Positions 10,045 through 18,773 of a stretch of 55,074 nt of DNA are shown here, in pieces. The position numbers were made by a program, and so were the translations under genes. The notes under the pieces were generated by a model. It ran no database searches. It was not told where the DNA came from and worked only from the letters and a program-made list of their open reading frames with translations. The stretch spans positions 1-55,074 of the forward strand of contig JAZLKE010000015.1 of assembly GCA_045597505.1 (NCBI GenBank). The letters run 5' to 3'. Position 1 is the stretch's first letter; the number at the start of each line of letters is the position of its first letter. The DNA comes from Clostridia bacterium. Lineage in GTDB: Bacteria > Bacillota > Clostridia > Christensenellales > UBA1242.

Positions 10045-11679
10045 TCATTTTTTACTACGGTCGTGGAAACGCGTGTGTAAAAGTTTTTGCGCCAATTCAC
10101 TTTCGGGTGAACCAAGGAATTCCGCGTACAATTGTTGAATTGCAGGATTATCACTGGATTTGTGCAGACTGTTATATTTAGCCATGGATTTAATTGTAGC
10201 GGCGCGTTTTTTCGCATTACCCAAATTATCTTGGATTAAGCTGGTATCACCGGGTTGTCCACCCCCATTAACACAACCACCCTGACAAGCCATGACTTCG
10301 ATAAAATCGTAATGAGCTTTACCGTTTTGAATTTGTTGTATCAATTTTTCCGCGTTAGCAATGCCCGAAACCACAATTCCTTTAATGGAACGCGGCAATT
10401 GGTCTTTGATATTGCGCATAGCTGCTTCACAAACACCACCCGATGTACCAAAAATTAAACCTGCGCCCGAAGACAGAGATAACGGGTTATCATATTCTTC
10501 ATCAGGCATGGCCGCCAAGTTGATACCTTGTTGTTTTAAGAAACGAATGGCAGTACGCGCGGTAAGTACCATATCCACATCACGAATATCGTCACGCGTA
10601 ATTTCGTCACACTTAGCAATACACGGCATTAACATGACAGTAAAAATCTTTTTAGGGTTGATACCCATTTTTTTGGCGTAATAAGTTTTGACAATCGCGC
10701 CGAACATACCCATGGGCGATTTAGCGGTCGATAAATTAGCAAGTAATTCAGGGTGACATTGTTCAACATAATTAACCCAACCTGGACAGCACGAAGTAAA
10801 CTGTGGCAAATTTTTTCCTGTTTTCAAACGTTCCAACAGTTCGGCGCCTTCTTGCATAATGGTTAAGTCTGCACCAAAATCCAAATCAAAAACACGGTCA
10901 AAACCCGCACGACGCAAAGCCGCAACCATTTTGCCTTGCACGTTGGTTCCACTGGGTAAGCCAAAACCTTCGCCCATACTGACACGTACACTGGGAGCGG
11001 TCGCGATGACACAATGCACATCAGGGTCGGACAACTTTTCCATCAACAATGGCAAATTACTGTTTTCCACCAAAGCACCCGTCGGGCAATGCGCAACACA
11101 TTGACCACAGGAAATACATTTGGTCGTTGCCAACCCATCGCCAAACGCGCAACCAATTTCGCCGTCAAAACCGCGTCCCAAAGTACCCAAAACGCCAACG
11201 GCTTGCTGGCCGTGACAAACGCGCACACAACGACCGCAACGAATACATTTTGCGTTATCGCGGACAATGTGCTTTTGGTCTTTACAGATGGGCGGTAAAG
11301 GTCGACTGGGTTGGTAGGTATTTTTATCCGCGCCGTACTGTGTAGCAAAACGCTTTAAGCGACAATCATCGGCACGTGCGCAAGAAGTACATTGCATACG
11401 GTGGTCTGATAATAATAATTCCAAAATGGTTTTACGCGTAGCGGTAACTTCCGCGTCATTAGTAATGATTTGCATACCGTCCGTAATTAGCGTATTACAT
11501 GCCGTAACTAAACCATGACGCCCCACAACTTTAACAACACAAACACGGCACGAAGCAATCGCGCCAATACTTTTTTCATAACACAAAGTCGGAATTTGGA
11601 TACCAACCGCGGCACAAGCTGTTAAGATTGTTTGCGGTTTATTAAATTCATAAACATGATTGTTGATAGTGACTTTCAT
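10045..11679 (-). CDS. hydA: [FeFe]-hydrogenase catalytic subunit (group A, HydA/HndD type)
   Basis: N-terminal 2Fe-2S, His-ligated and 2x4Fe-4S motifs; H-cluster motifs FTSCCPGW, MPCIAKCDE, EVMACQGGCVNGGGQP. Confidence 0.95.
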   Translation of the reverse strand: MKVTINNHVYEFNKPQTILTACAAVGIQIPTLCYEKSIGAIASCRVCVVKVVGRHGLVTACNTLITDGMQIITNDAEVTATRKTILELLLSDHRMQCTSCARADDCRLKRFATQYGADKNTYQPSRPLPPICKDQKHIVRDNAKCIRCGRCVRVCHGQQAVGVLGTLGRGFDGEIGCAFGDGLATTKCISCGQCVAHCPTGALVENSNLPLLMEKLSDPDVHCVIATAPSVRVSMGEGFGLPSGTNVQGKMVAALRRAGFDRVFDLDFGADLTIMQEGAELLERLKTGKNLPQFTSCCPGWVNYVEQCHPELLANLSTAKSPMGMFGAIVKTYYAKKMGINPKKIFTVMLMPCIAKCDEITRDDIRDVDMVLTARTAIRFLKQQGINLAAMPDEEYDNPLSLSSGAGLIFGTSGGVCEAAMRNIKDQLPRSIKGIVVSGIANAEKLIQQIQNGKAHYDFIEVMACQGGCVNGGGQPGDTSLIQDNLGNAKKRAATIKSMAKYNSLHKSSDNPAIQQLYAEFLGSPESELAQKLLHTRFHDRSKK

Positions 11680-13028
11680 TCGTGTTTTCCCCCTGTAATA
11701 GCATGCACAGGACAGCTCTTCGCACACTGTCCACATTTAATACAAACGCTGGGGTCAATGTAATGACGAGATTTCAGTTCCCCACGAATTGCACCGACTG
11801 GACATTTTTTGGCACACAATCCGCAACCCACACATTTATCCGTAATGGTATAACCTTGAAAACATACACCAGCTGGACATATGCCATGCAAGTGAGCTTC
11901 AAATTCTGCACTAAAATGATGCAAAGCGGATAAAATTGGATTCGGACTGCTTTGTCCCAAACCGCACAAACTGGTGTTGATGATTTGTTGACTGAGAGTT
12001 TTAATTTGTGTTAAATCGTCCGCGGTACCTTTACCACTGGTGATTTTATCCAAAATGGCTTCTAATTTTTTGGTACCCACTCGACAAGGCGTACACTTAC
12101 CACAACTTTCACTGGCGGAAAATTTGACAAAGAATTTGGCGAAATCCACCATACAAGTTGTTTCGTCCAAAACAATTAAACCACCAGACCCCAAGATTGC
12201 GCCTACCTGTTTCAAACTTTCATAGTCCAACGGCGTATCAAACAAACTGGCAGGAATACAACCACCACTGGGTCCACCGATTTGTACGGCTTTGATAGTA
12301 TGTCCAGCTTTGGCACCACCGCAGTAATTTTCCACTAAATCACGAATCGTCGTACCAATTGGCACTTCGACCAAACCGCATTTTTGCACAGCACCCGACA
12401 CCGCAAAAATTTTAGTGTTCGGAAAATTTTCGGGACCGTTCAAAATAATGTTGGGAATATTGGCTAACGTTTCTACGTTGTTAATCATGGTTGGCATGCC
12501 ATAAAGTCCAGCTTCGGTCGGATACGGTGGACGCGCGTGTGGTTCGCCGCGTTCGCCCATCACACTATTCATTAATGCGGTTTCTTCGCCACAAACGTAA
12601 GCCCCCGCACCTAAACGCAAATCAACATCAAAGTTTTTACCCAAAATACCGTCGGCACGGGCTTGGTCAATTGCGGTTTGTAAATTTTTAACGGCATCAG
12701 GATATTCCGCACGCACATAAATTACACCTTGGTGTGCACCAACCGCATAACCCGCAATGCACATGGCTTCCAAAATGGTATGTGGAAATTGTTCCATAAT
12801 TGCACGGTCCATAAACGCACCTGGGTCCCCTTCGTCGCCGTTACAAACTACGAATTTTTGGTTACCTTTGGCACTTGCCAAAAAGCGCCACTTCTTGCCC
12901 GTTGGAAAACCTGCTCCACCACGACCACGAAGTCCACTTTGTTCCACCATGTCAATTACGGTAGCGGGTGCAATTTGTTCCGCATAAATTTTTTGCAAGG
13001 CTTGGTATTTGCCATTACCGAAGTTCAT
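11676..13028 (-). CDS. hydB: NuoF-like NADH/FMN-binding diaphorase subunit (HydB), 450 aa
   Basis: SGLRGRGGAGFPTGKKW, CNGDEGDPGAFMDR, GAGAYVCGEETAL, ESCGKCTPCR, C-terminal 2x4Fe-4S; SD AGGAGG. Confidence 0.93.
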   Translation of the reverse strand: MNFGNGKYQALQKIYAEQIAPATVIDMVEQSGLRGRGGAGFPTGKKWRFLASAKGNQKFVVCNGDEGDPGAFMDRAIMEQFPHTILEAMCIAGYAVGAHQGVIYVRAEYPDAVKNLQTAIDQARADGILGKNFDVDLRLGAGAYVCGEETALMNSVMGERGEPHARPPYPTEAGLYGMPTMINNVETLANIPNIILNGPENFPNTKIFAVSGAVQKCGLVEVPIGTTIRDLVENYCGGAKAGHTIKAVQIGGPSGGCIPASLFDTPLDYESLKQVGAILGSGGLIVLDETTCMVDFAKFFVKFSASESCGKCTPCRVGTKKLEAILDKITSGKGTADDLTQIKTLSQQIINTSLCGLGQSSPNPILSALHHFSAEFEAHLHGICPAGVCFQGYTITDKCVGCGLCAKKCPVGAIRGELKSRHYIDPSVCIKCGQCAKSCPVHAITGGKHE

Positions 13029-13428
13029 GGATTGCCTCCTTGATTTGTTCTGGGGTCGCATTTTCAAAGACGCGGTCATCAATCGTCACGACTGGGGCCG
13101 CGGCGCATTTACCCAAACAGCGCGTGTTTTTTTGGATAGAAAATAAGCCGTCGGGCGTAACTTTGCCTTGGGTAATACCGAGTTCCTTTTGTAACATGTC
13201 CAAAATTTTTTCCGCGCCCGCAATAAAGCACGCCGTACCCGTACAGACCGCAATCACATGTTTCCCCTGTGGCACAAAAGTAAATTGTTGATAAAACGAA
13301 GCCGTAGAGTAAACTTGGGTCGGCGAAACATGAAATTCATCGGCAATGCGTTTCACGGCTTCGCGCGAGATGTAACCCGCCGCTTGCATTTCTTTTTGTA
13401 AAGCCACAATGATACTGTCTGGAATCAT
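13015..13428 (-). CDS. hydC: NuoE-like 2Fe-2S subunit (HydC)
   Basis: ASFYQQF, VCTGTAC, RCLGKCAAAPV. Confidence 0.92.
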   Translation of the reverse strand: MIPDSIIVALQKEMQAAGYISREAVKRIADEFHVSPTQVYSTASFYQQFTFVPQGKHVIAVCTGTACFIAGAEKILDMLQKELGITQGKVTPDGLFSIQKNTRCLGKCAAAPVVTIDDRVFENATPEQIKEAIHELR

Positions 13429-14525
13429 TTGATTTTAACTGCCTCCAATTTACGTAACGGGAACGGTAAGCGTTCGCCTTTTTTGCGATAGTCTTTCAAT
13501 AATTGTTTTTTAACGAAAGCTGGACGCAAATCAACTTTGTCGATTTGGTCAATATCCAACCAAACGGGTTCATAGGTGCCACCTTTGCGCAATGGGTCGG
13601 TGTATTCTTCCGCATCGGTTGGTTGCGGTTCCCCACTTTGATATTCGCAAGCCATGAAAGTTTGCCAACCGTCACCACGGTGGTGCTTATGGTCTTCGTA
13701 CCAAAACTTATACAATTCGCGGAATGGACGCGCAATTACGCTGGTTTCTTCCAACACTTCGCGCGCGCAAGTTTGGTCAATCGTTTCGCCCGCATCAACA
13801 TGACCACCGGGGAAAACATAATATTCTTGGTTATCACGATGGCGTTTAATCGCCAATAATTTGCCGTCGTGAATCACAATTCCACGACCAATAATACTGG
13901 GCGCAGTTTGCCATTGTTTTTGACGCGGAGGTTTGCTGAATCCTGTCAACAATTGTTGCATTTGGTATTGTACATTATCGCCCAAACGCGCAAGTCCATC
14001 TTTGGTAGCGCGACCATCTTCCAAATATTGTTTCGGGTCAATTGCGGCGCCCACCTTAACACGGGTTAAACGGAACAAACGGAACGGACGGTCAGTCACT
14101 ATTGGTACAATTGGTACATCACAATGCAAAGCCACCATCGCAATTCCATTTTGAATTTTGAAATTATTATCCGCATTAAACGAGCGGTGACCTTCTGGCA
14201 TAATCATTAATGCGTGATTTTTTTGTAAGACGTTTTGACTTTCACGAATTAAAGACAGGCTGGACGCCTGAACAGGAATACCACCTAAACTGCGAAAAAA
14301 CCAGTTGCCGAACTTACCTTTGAACAAATCGCCTTTAATCCAAAAGTTACTTTTGCGCCAAATATCCACCACCAAAGCGGGACCGTCTACGGCGTTACGG
14401 TGGTTCATGGCAAAAATGACAGGTTGTCCGCGGTATTTACGCAACTCCTTTTTATTGACCCATTTTGTCCAAAACAACAACTTAAACGGGAGATAACAAA
14501 TCAACTTTAATAAAAATCTAAGCAT
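13425..14525 (-). CDS. Fusion: PlsC-type lysophospholipid acyltransferase + Nudix hydrolase
   Basis: NHRNAVD and MPEGHRS acyltransferase motifs; Nudix box PGGHVDAGETIDQTCAREVLEETSV in one frame. Confidence 0.85.
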   Translation of the reverse strand: MLRFLLKLICYLPFKLLFWTKWVNKKELRKYRGQPVIFAMNHRNAVDGPALVVDIWRKSNFWIKGDLFKGKFGNWFFRSLGGIPVQASSLSLIRESQNVLQKNHALMIMPEGHRSFNADNNFKIQNGIAMVALHCDVPIVPIVTDRPFRLFRLTRVKVGAAIDPKQYLEDGRATKDGLARLGDNVQYQMQQLLTGFSKPPRQKQWQTAPSIIGRGIVIHDGKLLAIKRHRDNQEYYVFPGGHVDAGETIDQTCAREVLEETSVIARPFRELYKFWYEDHKHHRGDGWQTFMACEYQSGEPQPTDAEEYTDPLRKGGTYEPVWLDIDQIDKVDLRPAFVKKQLLKDYRKKGERLPFPLRKLEAVKIK

Positions 14526-14529
14526 GCAA

Positions 14530-15153
14530 TTATTTTAATATAATACTTAACAATTCGTCCACCACTTCATCAGCCATACGACCCGTAGTATCAATTTCAA
14601 TCGCATCTGGGGTTTTAATCAAGGGTGCAACTTTACGTTCCATATCCAAACGGTCGCGTTCCTTAGTGGAAGCCAAAACTTCTTCCAAGGTAATGTTTTC
14701 GCCACGGCGGACATAATCCATATAACGACGGTGTGCACGTTCTTCCAAACTGGCGGTAACATAAAATTTATACGCCGCGTCAGGGAAAGCCACCGAAGTT
14801 GTTTCACGACCTTCAACCACTAAATCATAGTTGCCCGCAGTTTGGTGTTGGATATTGTGAACACAATCTTGCACATCGGGTTGCATGGCTACGACCGCGA
14901 CATGGTTAGAAACTTCGACCGAACGAATGGCGGTAGTCACATCTTCCCCGTCCAAAAAAACCAAAGTGCGTTTATCTGGACTGCATTTAATTTCAATTTT
15001 AGCTTTGTGATAATCCTTACCACACAAATCACAAATCGCAATTGCGCGATAAATCGCCCCCGTATCTAAACATAAATAATTTAATTTCTTCGCTAATAAT
15101 TTTGATATTGTTCCTTTCCCGCTGGCAACGGGACCATCCATTGCTATGACCAT
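14530..15153 (-). CDS. cmk: Cytidylate kinase
   Basis: IAMDGPVASGKGT, LDTGAIYRA, VEGRE, RDRLD...APL. Confidence 0.93.
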   Translation of the reverse strand: MVIAMDGPVASGKGTISKLLAKKLNYLCLDTGAIYRAIAICDLCGKDYHKAKIEIKCSPDKRTLVFLDGEDVTTAIRSVEVSNHVAVVAMQPDVQDCVHNIQHQTAGNYDLVVEGRETTSVAFPDAAYKFYVTASLEERAHRRYMDYVRRGENITLEEVLASTKERDRLDMERKVAPLIKTPDAIEIDTTGRMADEVVDELLSIILK

Positions 15154-15242
15154 ACTAGAATGCACTGTAACATGACTTAGATTTTTTGGCAAAGGAAAAA
15201 GCCCACACTTGTCATTTTATTGCAAACATGCTATCATAAAAT

Positions 15243-15571
15243 GCTAATCAGGCGCTCGCTGTTTGGGTGACCAAACAGAGGAAAGTCCGGGCATCAAATG
15301 GCATCATGCAAGTTAACGACTTGTCGTGGCAACACGAAGGACAGTGCAACAGAAAGCAAACCGCCCGCAAGGGCAAGGGTGAAACGGCGGAGTAAGAGCC
15401 CACCGCACTGCGGGTGACCGTAGTGGCAATGTAAACCCCATGAGATGCAAGGTTAGCGGTCGAGATTTAATGGCGGCCAGTCAACTCGACCCATACACCG
15501 CGTGAGCGTGCCGGCGACGGTACGCCAAGATAGATGAGCGTCCAACGACATAACCCGGCTTACCGATTAAC
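15243..15571 (+). ncRNA. rnpB: RNase P RNA (bacterial type A-like, about 330 nt)
   Basis: GAGGAAAGTCCGGGC, AGTGCAACAGAAAGCAAACCGCC, GGGTGAAACGGCGG, ACATAACCCGGCTTA; promoter TTGTCA(15209)-17-TATCAT; ends approximate. Confidence 0.95.
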
Positions 15572-15574
15572 TCG

Positions 15575-15597
15575 GAAAAACCCGCAAGGGTTTTTTT
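15575..15597 (+). terminator. Intrinsic terminator of rnpB
   Basis: AAAAACCC gcaa GGGTTTTTTT. Confidence 0.85.
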
Positions 15598-15634
15598 GAT
15601 GCACAAGATTTACTGTGCCACAATAAACTGACGT

Positions 15635-15820
15635 ATGGATACAACAACGGTGACGGTACGTGCGGCGCCCGATGCTTTGGTCAAGATTTATAACGAAGCC
15701 CACGACGAAGTTTTATACATTGACAACACGGATGAAGACGGCACCACCCCGCCCATCGCTTTACCCAACACAGGCAATTATTTTGTTGATGTCACGGTTT
15801 TCGACCCAACGAAAGATTAA
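15635..15820 (+). CDS. Small acidic hypothetical protein (61 aa, beta-strand-rich)
   Basis: Protein-like composition; TAAACT-5nt-ATG leaderless-type start. Confidence 0.55.
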   Translation: MDTTTVTVRAAPDALVKIYNEAHDEVLYIDNTDEDGTTPPIALPNTGNYFVDVTVFDPTKD

Positions 15821-15951
15821 AGCGTGCGTTCAAAATTTTGTTGTTTAGTACGAACAGTCTCTTTGGTTAAGAATGGATAGTCCGCAGAATAACAAGTTTT
15901 ATCAATGTATGGTTTCAAATTTTCATAGATAAAAAAGACCCGCACAGCAGG

Positions 15952-16194
15952 TCAACCTTTTTGATACCAATATTCGTCTTCTTCGGCAGGGATATTACAA
16001 CTTTCAAGCATGCATGTGATACGGTTTTTTGCAACATTCTCTTTGAAGTCGGCTGGCCAATCTGATTTTGACCCCATAATTTCGGCGTAAATTGATTCAA
16101 CTATATCAAGTTTTTTCAATACTTCTTCATATTTCAACTTGGTTTTCAAACCTTTTGTCGTAACTGCATTAAATTGAGATACTTTTTCGTCCAT
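15952..16194 (-). CDS. Hypothetical protein (80 aa); frame stays open for 44 codons past the TGA
   Basis: SD AAAGGGG before ATG; hairpin GACCTGC-tgt-GCGGGTC-T6 at the stop. Confidence 0.6.
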   Translation of the reverse strand: MDEKVSQFNAVTTKGLKTKLKYEEVLKKLDIVESIYAEIMGSKSDWPADFKENVAKNRITCMLESCNIPAEEDEYWYQKG

Positions 16195-16325
16195 ATGCTA
16201 CCCCTTTCAACTTAAAATTATTTTAACACATGCGCAAAACAATTTCAAGTCCCATTTACAAATTCGCCGACAAATTTCGACAAATTTCGCTTGGAAAAGT
16301 TGGACGACCGCGGTATGTTAGGAAT

Positions 16326-16700
16326 GTGTCACACAAAAAATTGGTTGTCAATATTGCGGTCGTAGTCGTTTGCGCCGTGATTGCGTTGTCCATACCAATT
16401 ATTGCCAATCAGTTACAAAGGCCAGCCAATGCAACCAATAATTTACAGTTGGTCTGTATCAAAACAGAAAACAACTTAATTGATGCACGCGCGATTTGGC
16501 AATTGGAATTACGTAGTGGTAATAAGGTGATTAAAACTTGGGACAAAATTTATCAAGACAACGCCAATTTAACTTACGATGAACAAAATTTACAATTAAC
16601 CAGTTACGGCTTGGTTTTGCCCATAAATCAAACAACCGAGGGCGGTTACCACTCGGTTGTCGTTTATCAAGATTATCGTTGTGTTTTATCACTGAATTAA
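16326..16700 (+). CDS. Hypothetical N-terminally anchored membrane/secreted protein
   Basis: HKK plus hydrophobic stretch; likely GTG start after TTGGAA-17-TATGTT-6nt. Confidence 0.65.
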   Translation: MSHKKLVVNIAVVVVCAVIALSIPIIANQLQRPANATNNLQLVCIKTENNLIDARAIWQLELRSGNKVIKTWDKIYQDNANLTYDEQNLQLTSYGLVLPINQTTEGGYHSVVVYQDYRCVLSLN

Positions 16701-17461
16701 ACATCGCGTCGTTTGCTAACCAACCAGCCACCGGTTACAAAGACTCCAGCATAAACAATCGGCATCACGATGGCGCGCACCAATTCGGCTTGCGTTAATT
16801 TTGTGCCCATTAAACTTACCAAAATGTAATCCAATTGATAGTCAGTAATTTTGAAACTGAAATCTTTGACGCCAGAAAAAATTAACGAAATTAACAAATC
16901 CAACAAACTGAAACAAATACTTACACCCACCAAGTTGACCGCCACACTGATACCGACACGACCAATCATAGTACTTAAACCAAACAACAAGCCGTGAATA
17001 CCAATCAACCATAAAAATTGCAATGCAAAACTGCCCCATTGGTAATCGGCTAAGTCATGTACTGGCGCACCCAAAATTGCTGCCAACAAGAAACTGTATA
17101 ACATGTAAATCATCGCGACCACAAAGGTAACCCACAAGGAAACTAAGTATTTGCTAAAATAAACAGCAGTACGACTGTAACCGCGGGCGTAAATGTTTTT
17201 AATGGTGTGTTGCGTATAATCTTGGCACGCAAATAAAGCAATGTAAATTCCCAGCAAAGTAATAAAGCTGCCACTAGTCAGCGCAGTCAACAACATACTG
17301 GTTGCATTGATATCGGGCGAACTAAAAATCGAAGTCAATTCAGACAAAGTTTTACTTAAAATCATCATCAAAGTGATACTAATCAAACCCAAACTGAAAA
17401 TAATATACATCGCTTTGGATTGCCACAGTTTGCGCCATTCAAATTTTAACGAGTTAATCAT
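16697..17461 (-). CDS. ABC-2 type transporter permease
   Basis: Six TM segments, DYTQHTIKNIYARGYSR...SKY; coupled to the ATPase gene. Confidence 0.88.
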   Translation of the reverse strand: MINSLKFEWRKLWQSKAMYIIFSLGLISITLMMILSKTLSELTSIFSSPDINATSMLLTALTSGSFITLLGIYIALFACQDYTQHTIKNIYARGYSRTAVYFSKYLVSLWVTFVVAMIYMLYSFLLAAILGAPVHDLADYQWGSFALQFLWLIGIHGLLFGLSTMIGRVGISVAVNLVGVSICFSLLDLLISLIFSGVKDFSFKITDYQLDYILVSLMGTKLTQAELVRAIVMPIVYAGVFVTGGWLVSKRRDV

Positions 17462-18372
17462 GCTTGACCTCCCATACGTTGGATAAAGTAATCTTCCATG
17501 TTATCCGCCACAAAAGTAATACTTTCTACATTGACATTGCCTTTGACCAACGCCTGATTGACCTTGGCACTTTCCAACTTTTCGCCCGCCACGTCCAGAC
17601 TGTTGTCATGAGCCGTGATTTTGGCTTTCGGGTACAATTTTTTAATCACTTGCGCCGCCACCGCTGGTTGGTCACAAACAATGTGCAATTTTTGTTGGCA
17701 TTGTTGTAATAATTCTTCCGCAGAAATTTCTTCCACTAATTTACCATGGTTAATGATACCGTAACGCGTAGTAATCTTAGCCAATTCGTCCAACAAGTGA
17801 CTGGACACCAAAACGGTAACTTCTTGCTCACGATTCAAACGCAACAACAAGTCGCGGATTTCTTTAATACCTTCGGGATCCAAACCGTTAATTGGTTCGT
17901 CTAAGATTAACAAATCGGGGTGACCTAACATCGCAATTGCAATGCCTAAACGTTGTTTCATACCTAACGAGAACTTACCAACTTTTTTATTGCCAACGTC
18001 GCCCAAGCCCACAAAGTGTAAAATTTCGTCAATTTCGTGATAATCTGTACCCGACAAAATCGCAAAGCGTTTCATGTTTTCTGCCGCCGTGCAGTTTTTA
18101 TACAAAGCTGGTTCTTCAATTAACGAACCAATCAAACGGCGTGCCACATTTAATTTTTTCGTACCAAACAACGTTATTGTGCCTTCGGTTGGTTGTGACA
18201 TACCAAGCAATAACTTCATTAACGTTGTTTTACCAGCACCATTTTTACCAATAAAACCATAGATATCACCTTTGGCCACGTGCATATTAACATGGTCCAA
18301 AACAGTTTTACTGCCATAGGTCTTGGTCAAGTTGCTGGTTTCAATTACCCAACGGGTTTGACTTTCTTCCAT
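17458..18372 (-). CDS. ABC transporter ATP-binding protein (BcrA/lantibiotic-immunity type)
   Basis: GKNGAGKTT, FSLGMKQRL, ILDEPINGLDP, SSHLL. Confidence 0.93.
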   Translation of the reverse strand: MEESQTRWVIETSNLTKTYGSKTVLDHVNMHVAKGDIYGFIGKNGAGKTTLMKLLLGMSQPTEGTITLFGTKKLNVARRLIGSLIEEPALYKNCTAAENMKRFAILSGTDYHEIDEILHFVGLGDVGNKKVGKFSLGMKQRLGIAIAMLGHPDLLILDEPINGLDPEGIKEIRDLLLRLNREQEVTVLVSSHLLDELAKITTRYGIINHGKLVEEISAEELLQQCQQKLHIVCDQPAVAAQVIKKLYPKAKITAHDNSLDVAGEKLESAKVNQALVKGNVNVESITFVADNMEDYFIQRMGGQA

Positions 18373-18527
18373 AACATTATATTACCCTGTAAAAATCACA
18401 GTGTCAAACTTGCGATATGTTACCCGCATTTGCTTGGCGCTGATGCAATTTAACGAATGCCACAAAAAACTTTGTTCATCTTTGGTGTCATCAATTCATG
18501 ATAGTACACACCCGCCATGCAACCAAC

Positions 18528-18561
18528 AAAAAAGACCAAAGTGCGTGACCTTGGTCTTCTT
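18528..18561 (-). terminator. Terminator downstream of tRNA-Leu(TAA)
   Basis: AAGACCAA...TTGGTCTT stem with T-tract on the minus strand. Confidence 0.75.
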
Positions 18562-18648
18562 TGGTGCCCAGGATCGGACTTGAACCGATATGGAGTTGCC
18601 CCCGAGGGATTTTAAGTCCCTTGCGTCTGCCGATTTCGCCACCTGGGC
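18562..18648 (-). tRNA. tRNA-Leu(TAA)
   Basis: GCCCAGG...AGGGA-CTTAAAA-TCCCT...GGTTCAAGTCC...CCTGGGCACCA; promoter TTGTCA-17-TATAAT (18687-18659). Confidence 0.95.
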
Positions 18649-18773
18649 GTATGTGGCAATTATAACACCACCCGCGTTAAATGACAAGATAATTTGTACA
18701 TAATCTTGATATGAATTCCATAAAGTCAGTGGAAAAACTTGCCGAAAAAGCAAGAATGTATCATAATCAAAAT

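Noticed and set aside
10045-13428. Absence of hydrogenase maturases hydEFG
   Set aside because: They are commonly encoded elsewhere; cannot be judged from one window
16255-16292. Short direct repeats (ga)caaatt(t)cg including one TTCGACA (Spo0A-box-like)
   Set aside because: Short, AT-rich and only one consensus match; not CRISPR-like and regulatory meaning unsupported
18450-18518. 22-codon minus-strand ORF and GATGACACCAAAG/GATGAACAAAG repeat upstream of the ABC operon
   Set aside because: No convincing SD or peptide features; could be chance
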